From Dicyema japonicum (taxonomy: Eukaryota > Animalia > Dicyemida): a DNA stretch of 33,000 nt. Under the pieces are notes generated by a model. The model did no database searches and was not told the DNA's origin. It saw only the letters and a program-made list of their open reading frames with translations. The position numbers were made by a program, and so were the translations under genes. The stretch covers positions 987,868-1,020,867 of the forward strand of contig RDEW01000015.1 of the NCBI GenBank assembly GCA_011109175.1, in the 5' to 3' direction. Positions 1-12,685 of the stretch are shown here, in pieces. The stretch's first letter is position 1. Each line of letters opens with the position of its first letter.

Positions 1-9
1 AAAGAAAGA

Positions 10-1130
10 AGTACGAAAACTTCAGAAAACGTTTCGTTTTCAAATCTTTTGATCGAATCACAGGAGTGATCGAATACGTTTTCTGATTTTTTGCAATCCA
101 ACGGCACTTATTTCGAAGAAGCAAAGGGATTAGGTGATCATGCTCAGACTTGAAGGAAGTCCATCCAGGCAGAATTCCTCTGGATGGTTGACTAAATTCT
201 TTTAATTAGTTGTTTGTCTTAAATAATTGTTCAAAGACCGAGGGTAAAACCAAACTAACAAATTCCTTAATCTTGACGCGTTCCAGCAGAACCTTCAGCC
301 GGACGTTATCCAGATAGCTTAGGTCGATTCCAGAACTCGCCGTCAGAAAACGAAATTGTTTCCCGGTGGAAAGAATAGTTGAATCTTTTTGAATGCCGGC
401 CAGGCATTGGGCGTCTCCTGAGTTAGATGGATCCAATGACTCCATCAGAGAAGGAAGATAAATTTTCAACTAATTAACCGTGTAGCACAACATGACGCAA
501 CGCGGCTTATTATTACCCAGGATCTTTGTTGATGATGTGTCGAACCTCCACTTTGAGAGCCATAGTTCCAGCTTTTCAAGTATTTGTTGGACGGAATGAG
601 TCGATGTTGAATGCTTCTGTCCTTGAAGGCAAGAATGATATCGTCGGCGTAGGAAAGGATTAAACAGTTATCATTACAGGTTTGTGGCATGTCGTTTATG
701 TAGAGGTTGAAGAGTTGGAGGTGACAGTGGGGAACCTCAAGGGACTCCATTTGGGAAGTAGCAAGATCTTGATTTGATGTTGTTGCAGAGTACTTTTGTT
801 CGTCTTCCATTTAGCAAGTTTCCAAGCCAAAGCTTCAAGTGCGGGTGGATGTTCGTTTTAAATATTTTTTTGTAAGGAGTTTCCTGAAACGAATGCTTTT
901 GTAATGTCCAAAAATATGACTACTGTACTTTGATGGTGTTTGGAAGAGTTAAATACTTCCGCAATGAATTGTGTAAGGGTTGCAGGGTGTTTTGCGGTCG
1001 ACTGGTTACCCAGAATCCGTGCTGGATTGAGGGTATTGAGATTGAATCCTGTACTTTTTCCAGAATAAGCTTTTCGAAGATCCTTGAGACTGGACTCAGA
1101 ATAGATATTGTTATTTACTCTAATAAAATG
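10..1130 (-). mobile_element. Degenerate non-LTR retrotransposon (LINE): RT domain and C-terminal remnant
   Basis: Minus-strand frames give LSPVSRIFEKLIL..QHGF (~1000-1100), GVPQG-like/LFNLYINDMP..LSYADDIIL (ORF 466-810) and a decayed Cys/His knuckle-like segment near 60-120. Multiple stops and frameshifts. Confidence 0.8.
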
Positions 1131-1471
1131 TGAGTATTTACTATTCGTAGCTATAAATACTATGGCTCAAGTAAAAAGGCTATTATTATTGAGATAGTCT
1201 CGTGAAAGTTAAACAAATCTTGTTATATAAAAAAGAGGAGTTAGAACATTGCATTATTATAAAGATATGTAGGTCAAAAGAAACAAAAGACCCTTTTTTG
1301 TAGGCACCCAATTAAGACCATTCTTCATGATCCCACTTTTGATGCCGCAAAAGAAAATAATATTCTAAAACTACTATATACGGCATAAAGCTACAACAAC
1401 AACAAAAATATAATAACCCCACGTTAAATTATATATTTTTATTATAAGGAAAAAGAATAGTTAATTTAATT

Positions 1472-4020
1472 TTAATTATTCAGCTGTTGGGAGATGCATA
1501 AGCTATTCCCACGGACAACAGCCAACGAGAGCCTCTCCTTGAGCCATCTCGTCTCACGAAGATCACCAGTTTTGTCGGATAGTAGTTTTCCAAGATGATT
1601 CAGGAACTTCAGCGTTTTAGGGCCAAAGTTCCCCGAAGTTTCAATCGCGACAGGTGCGAAAATGTACCTGTCGCTGATATCCGAATACTTAGCATTTTTC
1701 ATTTCCTCTGCTTGAGAAGAAGGTCTGCCCGGTGAATTATTTTTTTTGCTTGGGGCGAAAGAGCAGACACAGGTCACATCCCATACAAGGTTTCGCCCTC
1801 GCTCGAAAGGAAAGGAGGTCATGCCGTCAGGGCGTCTTCCGTTGTCAAATAGACCAGTCGGTTCGATCCGGCAACGGAATCCAGCCGATTCTAATGCCCT
1901 CTTAATGATGCCGTTCATTGCCGAATGTCGAGAAGATCTGCCAATTCCGCTCCGGCATGAGAGGAGGTGGAGACCCAGTTCGTCCGATAGACAGCCACAT
2001 TTGCACTTCGATTTGGTGCAAACAGGCAATCCGAGGTGTAGACATACAGCTGTACGAAGGGAGTCATCATCCAACAATCCACCAACTTCTTGACATGGGT
2101 AAACCCCAAGCCAAGATCCATCAACCGCCTCCCTCGAATTTTGGAAACAGTCCAGGCGATGTCCAGAGAGCCGGCTGACTAGGTTGGATGCCAGAGCATT
2201 CCATCTATGGATCATCCAAGACGATTGTTGGTCTGGATTACGCGGCTCGCTAAGCCCTTCACTCCGCCACACGTCCATGTATTCAACCAAGTCATTGGAC
2301 AGTTTCCGAGATGGAAGCTTTGAAAGAATTGAGTCCACTTGGTTTTTGCATGAAAGTTTTGAGGCAAAATACGCCGGGCCAGCAATTTGGCAGGGAGTAG
2401 TAAGACCGATTCCACCCAATGATATCGGTAATTGAGTCTGTATCCATCCAGGGGTGTCAAGGAAACGTTAAGTACGAATTCAGTACATCTTTTGAGGCAA
2501 TCAGAGTATTCCATTAAAAGGGAATCACACTTATAACATGGTGCAGTCCTTAGTAAATAGTTTAATCTTGGAATGGACAAGCAGTTTCTCAATAGGAAGA
2601 GGGCAATATGGTTGTCAACATGCCGCAAACGGGTCTCAAAAGTACCGAGCTCTATTGTCCTTTCTTTAAACACGTCCACAATTCGGTCTTCGAATATAGG
2701 AGAACCAAGGAACAGAGACTCCCCAACTGGAACCGATGCATAATTTTCGAGAGTGTATTTAAACTGGTCATTGTAGAAAGTAGTCAGATCGGGACTCAAA
2801 TTGATCTTGATTAATTCACATTTGGCCTTGTTGACAGAAAGGCCAATCGCTTCGAATTCAGATATCAAACGATGCACGTCCTCCAAAACTGTATCTGGAT
2901 GTCCACCAATGATTCCGTCATCCAAATACCATAAATTTAAAGGTGATTTTAAGCATGCGGCTACTCCATGGATCCCCAAAGCAAAGAGAAGAGGTCCAAG
3001 TGGGTCGCCTTGTTGAACACCAGTTCGTGATTTAATAATGGCATCGTGGAAAACCAATGATGATGGCTTAGAATATGAAAGGCGAACAATCTCCCAAATA
3101 TGTGGTAAATTTTTTTGGCATAACTCCAATAAATGATCTCTCCTTATGGAATTAAATGCGTTCTTAAGATCTACTTTGCAGACAACAACGTCCTCTTTGC
3201 ATTGAGACGACGACGTGAAAAAACTCCTCACTGCGTGGACACAAGCTTTTGCACCGCCACGAACTCCAACGCCCGTCTGTATAGGACTGAAACTAGGAAG
3301 TAATCTTTGAACCTCAGAAAAGCAAGCGACTTTAGCTGCAAGTCTCCTAAACACGTTTCCAAGGTCTGACACCGCCGTCAGGCTTTCGGAAAGCAACAAG
3401 ATTAGCAGAAAATAACATATCTCGACCGAAAGGAGACAAACATCCAGAAAGAATTTTGTTGATCAGTTCGCTGTGAGATCACGTAGGTGACCGGGTCTCA
3501 AGCCATCGATACCACCTCCACTACTAGGACGAAATGAACGCAGGGAGGTGATTATATCTTCGTTAGAGGCGAGCAATTGTTCCTCGTGGAAAGGTTTTAT
3601 AGTTCTCAAGTCTTCGGGGGATCCGGGTGTTTTTTCGTAAAGACAGGAGCGTTTCAGGGATGTTTTTAAGTGTCCCAGGATCACAAACTAATAGCCGTAC
3701 AGCACCACGAATATCGCCTTCCATAAGTTTCATCCTTATTAGTTTCTTTATTAAGCGAAGTTCCTCCGTTTTCGGACGCTTTGAACTCCGGGGTGCAATT
3801 TGAGTTGATTTTAAAGCAGTAAGTGACATTTTATGTTCATTTAGAAACAGTCTAACTCTCTTTTTGATATTCGTTGCGAGAGAAGTGGATGCTTCCGTTG
3901 GTCTTCTGATCCCAAGAGTGAGTGACGGGAAAAGGAAAAATTTGACCCACTCCGAAGAAACGGCTCAGGCTTCAAAACATCCTTGATGGTGGAGATCAGA
4001 GCCTCGGCAACAGCAGTTCT
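1472..4020 (-). mobile_element. CRE-clade non-LTR retrotransposon (RT + zinc finger + restriction-like endonuclease), frameshifted and 5'-truncated
   Basis: RT: QTGVGVRGG, VDLKNAFNS, GVQQGDPLGPLLF, WYLDDG. C-terminus: CKCG..HLLSC, RH, RPDG, WDVTC, K..KY, AIETSG, LAVVRGN. N-terminal SSGGGIDGLRPGHL. Clade assigned from motif recall. Confidence 0.88.
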
Positions 4021-4029
4021 TCCTAAAAT

Positions 4030-5590
4030 TCCTATGATTGTTATCTAAAAGCTTGGATTCAGGGCACTCACAAGACTAGCACGGATATACAACATATCCA
4101 TAAATAGAAACACAATTCCAACAATGTGGAATTTGGCCCACATCCACCCAGTTCAGAAACCTTGAAAACCAAAAGAGTCCTATTCTAATCGACCAATATA
4201 CCTATTATGCGCTTTGTCAAAAAATTCTTGAGAAAAATGGTTTTGGACCGCATCTTCCCATATTTACCTAAAGAATTTCCAGAAAAGACCTATCTACAAG
4301 TATTCACTTGCAAACCCTCACAAACTTTATTATGGCGGGACTCGAGTCAAAGCCCAGGCACCTCAAAACTTTATTGTGCTCGGTTGACATCCGTAGGGCT
4401 TTTGACTCGGTTCCCAGAAAAATCTTAACGAGGAAGATTTACTGCTCAGAACTCCCCAGCATTTTCAAAAGATGGCTCGGGAACTTCTCTACTGGTAGAA
4501 GAGGAAAAGTCGTAACAAAATCCTGCCATTCGGTCTCAAAATTTCTTCCAAACGGCGTACCAAAAGTTCCCCTTGTCACCGTCGCTCTTTAACTTATTCT
4601 TGCACGATATTCCAATTGACTCGGACAAAAATTCCATAACCCTTGCGTATGCCGACGACATAATATATGCTTGCAAGTATACATGTGTTACGATAGCTAC
4701 GAACAAATTGCAAACTATTCTGGAAAGACTCCATGAATGGTTGAAAGAAGTTCAATGTCAACGTCCACAGAAAAGTCCTTCACCTCTCTTTTTAGGTCGA
4801 ATAGAAGGCTATCAAGATGTTCAGTTTTGAATAGTAAACTAATCCCAATTAAGAAACAAGCCAAGATTCTGGGAGTAACACTTGACATCCTCATGACCTT
4901 CATCACACATGTGTCAAACGTAATCAGTGCTTCTGCACGAAAGCTTAACTTCGTGAAGGTGCTCGTCTCAAAATTTAAAGGATCCTCAATCCGGTCGTTA
5001 TCAACTTTATACACCCAATTCATCGCGCCAACTATAAGTTATGGATGTGCAGCTTGGGGAACAAAACTTGTCAAAACAAACATGGATAAGATCAACTCCG
5101 CCGAGTCCAATATGACCTAAACAATTTCCAGACTCACAGGACTACCAATAGGGGCAACCCCACTTGAGGTCCTTGTGAAGAATTCCGACCGCATATTAAC
5201 CCAAAGTGGAAAACTGCCAGAAGAACGGTGTTATCGCAAATGTGTCGGTTCCCGAGAGCAACACCGGGAAAAGATAAAAATATTGCAGAGAGATGCCGGG
5301 ATCACCTGATGGAGTTTTTCTTTTAATTAGTTTGCCTGGTGATTTTTGGCTTATCAATAATAATAAGTCCCCTCTTCAATACCTTTGGATTTCCATATCC
5401 GCATGTGCGACCGGGAAGCTGGCCCGTGCGACTACGGGCATCCAGTTGAACGCCAATACGTACTTGCGTGAGATCGAGGAAGGAACATCGTGTCAGGTTG
5501 AGGTCTCTGTTGGAGTGTGCTCGGATCACATGTGTAATTACTTTTGTGTTACCGTGGTCTTTGGAATTTTTCTTTTTCATTTCAATCAAC
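4030..5590 (+). mobile_element. Degenerate LINE RT and 3' region (I/jockey-like, APE-type family)
   Basis: VDIRRAFDSV, NGVP, LSPSLFNLFLHDIP, AYADD, KILGVTLD and YGCAAW across frameshifted ORFs 4308-5120. The 3' extent is uncertain. Confidence 0.85.
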
Positions 5591-5811
5591 CGGATTAAAA
5601 ACTCTGGGGTGTAAAATTGAACATTATTAAAAGAGTATTCACGAATTACCAGTTATCGGAAAGCTGAGTTGGTGACGTACCTCTATTGCACTAAATGTTT
5701 ATTTGATTCATGGAGGATGAATTCTATTTAATTAATATTTTAATAAATCCTCCCTTAATTAAAAAAAATTAAAGATAACTATTTAAGAACAAACTAAGGA
5801 AGTAAACAAAG

Positions 5812-6617
5812 CTAATCGAGGTGTGACTTCCTCTGCAAGTGAATCGTGTAGACAAGATGCATGAATGAAAATGTCTAAAATTATATTCAAAGATGCTACC
5901 GAAATAAAGAAAATCAAAGAAACGAAAGTAACAATGATTTTTGTGATGAACAAAATATGCTGATTGAAAATCCACCCACAGCCCTAATTTATATACAAAA
6001 TTTCACAATTCTGAAGGAATTTTCAATTGTGCATGGTGGAATAGCGCAACATGACTTGGGAATAATTTCCGAATAGTCGTGAACTCCAGAAAATCCGCAA
6101 CACTCATTCTGGAAGTAAATATTTTTAAAATTAACTATTTGCTGGAAAACGTCAAAATTTAAGGACTCTCCGTTGTAGTTTTGGATGGCGTTCTTTATAA
6201 AGACCTCCGAGACCAGAGTTGACTAAAGTAAACGAGAAATGCTCACATAAGAGAAGGCATTGAAGAGATACCCGGCAGCATACAAACAGACCAATAGAGT
6301 CACAACGGTCAAACCAGCATACTTAATATTAATATTAATGGCTTACTATGCATTTGACTCTAATGTCTTTGAGAACCATCGTTAGAACTCCAAAGAAGCA
6401 AGTTATGATTGAAAGAAATCCACATGTTAGTGTGATTCCCATCGCATATTTATGGAAGCTGTCGTCAATCAAGTCTGCTGTGAAGTGACGATTTGTTGAG
6501 GATTTATACGTCACGAAAATGAACGCAAATCCACAAATCTAGCACTCAGTTATAATTGACTACCAGATTGCTGATAAGACTGAAAATCTTAAGAATTCTT
6601 CCGAAATTGACCAACAT
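5812..6617 (-). CDS. Tetraspanin, 218 aa, 7 exons
   Basis: ATG 6617, TAG 5812-5814. Phase-0 GT-AG introns at 6539-6563, 6322-6346, 6223-6246, 6109-6135, 5984-6006 and 5875-5899. Spliced length is 657 nt with an open frame. Four hydrophobic segments and a 6-Cys EC2: FQQINECCGFSGVHDYSEIIPKSCCAIPPCTIENSFRIGC. Confidence 0.92.
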
Positions 6618-6862
6618 TGTACTGAAAATATGATTTTTCGGTTATAAAATGTTAAAAATCTACGTATTCTTTACTTTTAAGGAAGTGTCTATTTTTGGAA
6701 TTAAATTTGCTTATAAATTTCTTATTTAAGAAATTAAAGTCGTAATTTTCAACAAACTTCCTAGTCAAATACAATTTTACTAATATATTGAAATTTCTCA
6801 CTAAGTACCCTCTTCCTTTTATGGGTGGGATCTACCATTTTCCTATTAATCCTCATCACTTC

Positions 6863-6940
6863 TGGCTGATTGTTTGATGACATTGGATCTGAAGGTCATG
6901 GGTTCAAATCCGAAAGATGGAGTTTTCAGCGAAGGTCAAT
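6863..6940 (+). repeat. Possible tRNA-derived (SINE-like) Pol III head
   Basis: A-box-like TGGCTGATTG (6863), B-box GGTTCAAATCC (6901-6911), then TTCAGCGAAGGT, a motif shared with 18109-18143. No clean cloverleaf. Confidence 0.4.
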
Positions 6941-7049
6941 TCTTGTCAAACAGATCCCACCCGTGAGGCGATGAGTTCTTCTGGCACGACACAGTAGTTA
7001 AAAAGGATTTTCCTATATTTCTCCCTGACCAAATCCTCTGATGAAGATT

Positions 7050-8660
7050 GTATTATGAAAACTATTCCGCTAAAGAATGAAGTGATGTCCTCGATGGTAG
7101 GACGTGAGACAAAAATGGAAGAGGGCGGACCTACTTCTCCACCCTTTGGAATCGGAAGCCTGTAATGAAGTATTGGAAGTTCTCATTTTCCAACTACACA
7201 ATGACAGAATACACCTGGTCTGAGACGTCTCATGTGTGGATGGTTTCTCATTTTCCAACTTCACAATCCAGGATCGGTTTCGGCGAGAGCCAAAACTATT
7301 AAAGATAAAAGCACCCACCTTTGAAAGGAAAATTACCTGGATCACTGATGGTTTAAATCTTTATTTCATGGTGTCCCCTTTTTCGGGGTTAGATATAGGG
7401 TTTCCCGACCATTAACATCACTTTTCGACAAATAGCGTAACTTTCCAGATCAATAGCGTAGCTTTCAGATAGAAAGTTGGCCTACCACAGCTTTAAGTTT
7501 GAGCGAACTTTCGAATCAAAAATCTTCCCAATGAGAAGCTTCCTTGGGACTGTGTCGAAAGCCTTTTTATGTCGATAGAGACCGTTGTCGTTCGCATATG
7601 TGGTGGGTGGCACTAAAACCATCGGCTATGAATTGGGATAGTGTGGTTAAATTGGTGTTGGTGTACCAGGACGAAAACCGTGTTGGAAAGCCGATTAATG
7701 GAAATCCTGAGTAATGGCCGATAGTACCAGTTTTTAATAAGTTTTAATAGCGTCCTGGTTAGGGAGATCGGCATGTATGAGCCAGGTTATGCCTCTGGTT
7801 TTCCAGCCTTCAAAACTGGCTTGATAACAGAGTTCTTTCAAATCTTGGGAATAATATTGTAGTTAATGTTAAATATTAGCGTCAGTTAGCCAATTGCATA
7901 GTGGTTTAGGTGTTTTAGGTGAATCGAAGATACTTTGTAAGGGCCACAGATGCATAAGTTCATTAATATTTTGTAAGGCGCCATCTCTGAGCCTGGTGGT
8001 CTTTTATGATGATGGTTTTCAAAGATATTAAGTTCGTCGGATAGCATCTTTTCATAGGTTTCTAGATTTTATGAGTGTAAGTGTCCGGGAATTGAGGGTA
8101 GCTATAAAATTCGTGTATGATGAGAGAGGAATAAATACATGGTCAGCCTTTTGAATGGCCATATTGACAAATTTCACGGATTCATCTATCGAATGTATTT
8201 GTTATGAAAGTCCTTTGGCCAATTCCATGTCAACGAAGTTACTGAAGCCAAACTAATCAACCTTCCTATAGTTCTTGAATCTCTTCACTTCAGTCTATAA
8301 TGACCGCCGTCACCGAAATCATCTTAACATAAGAAGGATGGGGTTGTGGTCGCTGGAAAAACCATAATTCACACTCCATGAACCAAGTCCTGTTAAAGAG
8401 GGGAACATAAGGTTAAATTGGGAGATGTGCAACTATCAGTGCTCATTAATGGGGTTCTTGTGTTTAATTTAGGGTCATTCAGGATAATCATATCAATAAG
8501 ACCATTTGCGATGAACTCGCCTAAGATGTCAGAGGACTGTGAAGCAAGTCAAACGGGGTGTCGGGCATTGAGGTCGCCGCATATTAGAACGTTTTTTAGT
8601 GCTGAGAGCGGGGTAGGTTTGGGATGTAGGATGTTGGGCAGAATCCTTTTGGCGAAATGT
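7050..8660 (-). mobile_element. Highly degenerate LINE ORF2 (APE endonuclease plus start of RT)
   Basis: CGDLNARHP (~8555-8581), ILNDPKLNTRTP..TSPNLTLCSP and SDHNPILL (~8330-8350), closely paralleling 14859-15302. Decayed RT-like sequence toward 7050-7800. Confidence 0.75.
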
Positions 8661-8689
8661 ATAACTTAATCCAAAGAGACGGGAATAGC

Positions 8690-8961
8690 TGGATTTTGAT
8701 GGTAATCTGTTCCATAGTATTGCCACAGCCCAGAAGCTCTGATTTTAAGACAGACCAAAAATCGGCGAATCCGAGAGAGATTTAATTTAATCATCGGGAG
8801 CCGTTGGTCCAATGACGGCTGAGTTCTTGCGAGAACTCGGAGGATTGCTTGCCATAAAGAAAAGGGATCAACGAGAAGGGTTATGGCTAAGACAAAAGAT
8901 TGGAATAGCCATACTCCGAGGGAACTCGTTCGCAATCCACGCAGCAGGCTTCCTCAACTGA
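8690..8961 (+). mobile_element. CRE-clade 3' terminal fragment (end of RLE domain)
   Basis: SSGAVGPMTAEFLRELGGLLAIKKRDQREGLWLRQ..IGIAILRGNSFAI, stop at 8959-8961, followed by an AT tract. Confidence 0.8.
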
Positions 8962-9199
8962 CATTTGTTTAATTGTTAAAAAATTTTTTGTTTAAAAAAA
9001 TTAATTAATTTAATAATAATTAATTTAAGAGAAAATTTAAATGTTAAATAATTTATTCTAGTTAAAACTTAAAATCTAAAATTTTTAATTATCGATTATC
9101 GATTAAAACAAGCGGATTCGAGAGGTTTGACTGTAATTTGATCATTAGTCATTAATAGATTTAATTTGATTGTAGTTTGATTGTTAGTCATCAATAGCA

Positions 9200-9400
9200 C
9201 AACAAGTGATCCTTCGAAATGCTTCGGTACTTCCTTCTCTTCTGATCCTTGCTTAGAAGCATGACCTGAGTCAGAGACTGACTCGGACGAATTTTTCTGA
9301 GAATATGTATCAACACAAGTAGCGTCCCAAACCAGATTCCGACCATTAGCAATGGGGAATGTTGTCATCCCGTCAGGGTGAGACTAGTCGGCTCCAAAAT
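9200..9400 (-). mobile_element. CRE-clade RLE fragment
   Basis: PDGMTTFPIANGRNLVWDATCVDTYS matches the 1472-2419 ORF. Confidence 0.8.
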
Positions 9401-9559
9401 GTAGTGGTGACCAGCATAGGAAAGTGTGTTTTTAGCTGGCATCTTTAGAAATTAGTAAAATCACTGTCAGGTTTTTCGTGAGCGTGAATGCTTAGCGTTT
9501 TGCTTTGGCCACATTCCTTACTATCCGTTTTACTAGTTTTTTTTTCATCCAAGAAATTT

Positions 9560-9647
9560 AAAGTTAAAAATCGAAAAAATATAAAGGATTAAACTAATTA
9601 AAAAAAGTTAAAAATCGAAGAAATATAAAGGATTAAACTTATTAAAA
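9560..9647. repeat. Tandem duplication, ~44-bp unit x2
   Basis: AAAGTTAAAAATCGAA(A/G)AAATATAAAGGATTAAACT(A/T)ATTAAAA occurs twice, just downstream of the PSME-like stop. Confidence 0.85.
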
Positions 9648-9671
9648 TCGATAAAAATTAATCAAGTGGAA

Positions 9672-10432
9672 TTATCCAAAATAATCCATGTAAACGTTCC
9701 GAGGCATACCAATTTATGAATATTCTTGTTAATTTTGTCTTGAACAACAATCTAAGATGTATAAATAATCCGAACATAATGATCGAGCAGTATTTGGAAG
9801 GCGTAATTCAAATAAATTAAGTTGTGTCTGTCACGTTCTATCAAATAATTTCTATAATCGTCCTATAAATATTCACAAAAATTCACAATCATAGGAAATT
9901 TGTTGACTCTGTAATTTGCCCTGATTTTCACGTTATGTGAGACTGTTTTATCTGTCAAAAATATTTCACATTTCCGTCTTATTCTTTTGAATTCATTTTG
10001 CATAAGATTTTTGTACAAATGCTCCGAAATTGTTATCGTCCTCAAATCTCAGTTTCATTAGGTTAATCCACGTGTCAACCTAAACCATGGATTTAAAAAT
10101 ATACGGATTGTATGTCCTCTATCATCTTCAATGACGCATCTTGAAGTTTTTGGAAACAGTTCCTCAATCTTCAATTCGACTAAATTTATAATTTAATGTC
10201 AACCACGTGCATAGTTATCAAACTCAGAGCTCTACAGAATGAAATAATGATAATACTGATTTTTCTCTGATCAACAGTAAATCACCCTTTAATTAGAAGT
10301 TGATACTTTACTTTCAAAATGTCATAAATTCTGTCGATTCGTTCATTTAATTTGTGGTTGATCAAATCATTGATCTATGTATGAAGATACGAATACTTCT
10401 TTCGATATGTTTCTCTTTACATCTTCCATCAT
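9672..10432 (-). CDS. Proteasome activator PA28/REG (PSME3-like), ~197 aa, 8 exons, with apparent single-base indels
   Basis: ATG 10432. Introns at 10375-10396, 10287-10311, 10232-10256, 10180-10203, 10080-10104, 9863-9886 and 9752-9775. Spliced peptides VDTWINLMKLRFEDDNNFGAFVQ, KFPMI|DDYR and DHY|IVVQDKINKNIHKL match PA28 (WIQLLIPRIEDGNNFG, KYPHV|EDYR, NQY|VTLHD..KN). About 3-4 indels must be corrected; the uncorrected frame stops at 9662. Confidence 0.82.
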
Positions 10433-10589
10433 TACTCAGTAAAATAAAATTAAGTCTATTACGTCATCAAACCAATTTATTTTATGTAATGCTATAGAGA
10501 TAATTTCATAAATATCTCCAAAATAATATTAATTTTAATATTATTTTATGAAAAAACCGATATCTCATTTTAAAAAAATCCATTTATTC

Positions 10590-11000
10590 ATTCCACTGGA
10601 GACAAGTTCGCTCCTTGGCGATAAGTTCTGGAATCTACCTCAGCTCCCCAGATAATGCTCTCTGGATCTCTGTGCTTGGATGAGGGTTCTATTTAAACGC
10701 GTCAGGATCAAGGAATTAGTTATTTTGGTTTTACCCTACGTCTTTGTGATAATTTACTTCAATTTAGAGGGGTTTCTGTAACTGCAAGTACTGGATGTTT
10801 TCTTCCTTTTTCGGATTGTTCTTGGTGGTATCATGTAATTTTTGGAGGTCCTTTGCTTCCGCAGCTGTAGGAAGTGGATATTTTGAATTAGTTGTGAACT
10901 ATTAACTTCTTTCTGGAGTTAATAAATTTTTTATAGTATGAGAACCTAAGCTAATCTTTATGTCCTGGTTGATTAGTCAAACTTACCACTCAAAATCAAT
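10590..11000 (-). mobile_element. Probable decayed LINE remnant (post-RT region)
   Basis: Coding-like composition with many stops and a weak resemblance to the K.LG..D region after RT. Confidence 0.3.
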
Positions 11001-11169
11001 TTGTTGCCATAACTAAAACCAAAAGTGACCACAAGGTATTGTCATCATTATTTATCTATTTAATAACCTGGGATATGCCAGAAAGATGTTAGGTGTTCTG
11101 AGTAAGCCGTGTTCTTTCCAAATAATAATTTCATTATTTTTCCAGTTTTCAAAAACACAAAAATCAATC

Positions 11170-11900
11170 AAAAATGATCCCCGCCGACATAATCGACGTT
11201 AGTTGGCTCTCGGGACTGCAACTGGAGAAGCTACTGGGTCTCATGTGCGTCTTGGCTTTTTAGTGTAGCAAGGCATCCAAGATTCTTTAGAAAACAAAGC
11301 GATTTCCCGCTTATTCTCCTGTTGTCTCAACTACGATAGGGTAGAACGTGAACTGATCAAGCAACATTTCGTATTTTTCTCCTTTGCCTTCGTTGTTTTT
11401 TCTGCGGCATAAATTGTGTCGAACGCGTTCCAGACAATGTTGGATGGGCAAAAGGGATCGACGTCCGTAGCATCCATACCAAAGGTTTCCCCTTCCCGAA
11501 TGGAAAAATTGTGATTCCGTCTCTACTGTCCAAAGCAACAGGTTCAAGATGGAAGGATATCCAGCAGACTCCAGGGCTCGCTTAACAATTCGGTTGATCG
11601 CCTTATGTCTTAGAAATCGTTTTACAATTCTTCGACAAGAAAGGCATGATGTCCATAACAGTCGATTGTACCACCACATCGGCACATAGGAGTCTGGCAA
11701 ATCTTCAGTCCAACTCTGATGGAGATACCGGTGCGGACAATATCGTCGTCAAAGTGAGTCCGACGGTACCAAGCAGGATTGATTCCAAGCGTCACTCTAT
11801 TAGCATCTTCCAGTTGACTAGACAAGTACGTCGGTGTTGGTTTGATTGGTTCAGAAGCCTTTCATTTTTATTTTCCTGTAGCGGTTTTTCTGCTCATGCA
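11170..11900 (-). mobile_element. CRE-clade 3' fragment (zinc finger + RLE), frameshifted
   Basis: CRCGGTIDCYGHHA, RHKAINRIVKRALESAGYPS, YPIVVETTG. Confidence 0.85.
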
Positions 11901-12094
11901 TATTCATTCTCAAATGCTCCATATCTGTGAGCTCCGACGATTTTGTTTGAAGTTGGAGAATTAAACCGAAATCAAATTAAACTAAAATCAACAATAACCA
12001 ATTTACTTTGAGAAGATAAAACCATGTGATAGTAAAACTAAACTACGTCACTAAATCTATTGTTTGAGTATTATTATGTAACAATAACAAATAA

Positions 12095-12650
12095 TTACAT
12101 AACAAGACAATCAATAATCCAGCTGATTCCCCTGACAATTGCCAGAGAAATCATATCGAACAACCATTCGGTTTCACGACGCTCATTACTCACTATCGAT
12201 ATCATCGACAAAAGCGATTTTGGAAAAAACACTGTCTTGGGCCCGAGACTCAGCTCATCTTGACAACAACGGGGTGTAAATGGAATCTGGTGGAGAGGCT
12301 GTCTTATTTTTATTTTGAAATTCTCGAAAGTCCGAGCAGTCTCTCCAGATTTCAACCAGCAAGTCTCGACAGGAAAAAGCTGTCAATGCAGGCCCGATCC
12401 CAAATCGAGTATTTCCCCTGAGAGAGGAAAAGACAGTTACCCCGTCAGGGTGCTTTCTATCTCAACGATCCAGGTCTACCGGTTCCAGGACGACGGGAAT
12501 CCAACCGTCCATGAGAGTGCTCGGAATTGGCAAGAGAGTGGTGATCTCAAAGGAGCGAAGTGGAGAAGGTATCCACACAGGTTAATCCCAGACCAATGAT
12601 TTTCCGTGTGAATATAGGAAAAGAGTCATTCTGTCTGGCCTCTTGCCAAA
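12095..12650 (-). mobile_element. CRE-clade 3' fragment
   Basis: RRETEWLFDMISLAIVRG at the end; PDG and WD-like motifs upstream in other frames. Confidence 0.75.
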
Positions 12651-12685
12651 GTTAGAAATTAAACCAAAGTCAACAAAAACCAAAT

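Noticed and set aside
1746-3016. Plus-strand ORFs overlapping the CRE element, and similar antisense ORFs over other TEs and genes
   Set aside because: Shadow ORFs with no recognisable motifs.
7030-7110. CTGATGA...GAAA hammerhead ribozyme-like core
   Set aside because: Stem II does not pair, and I could not build a valid stem III/NUH/stem I arrangement.
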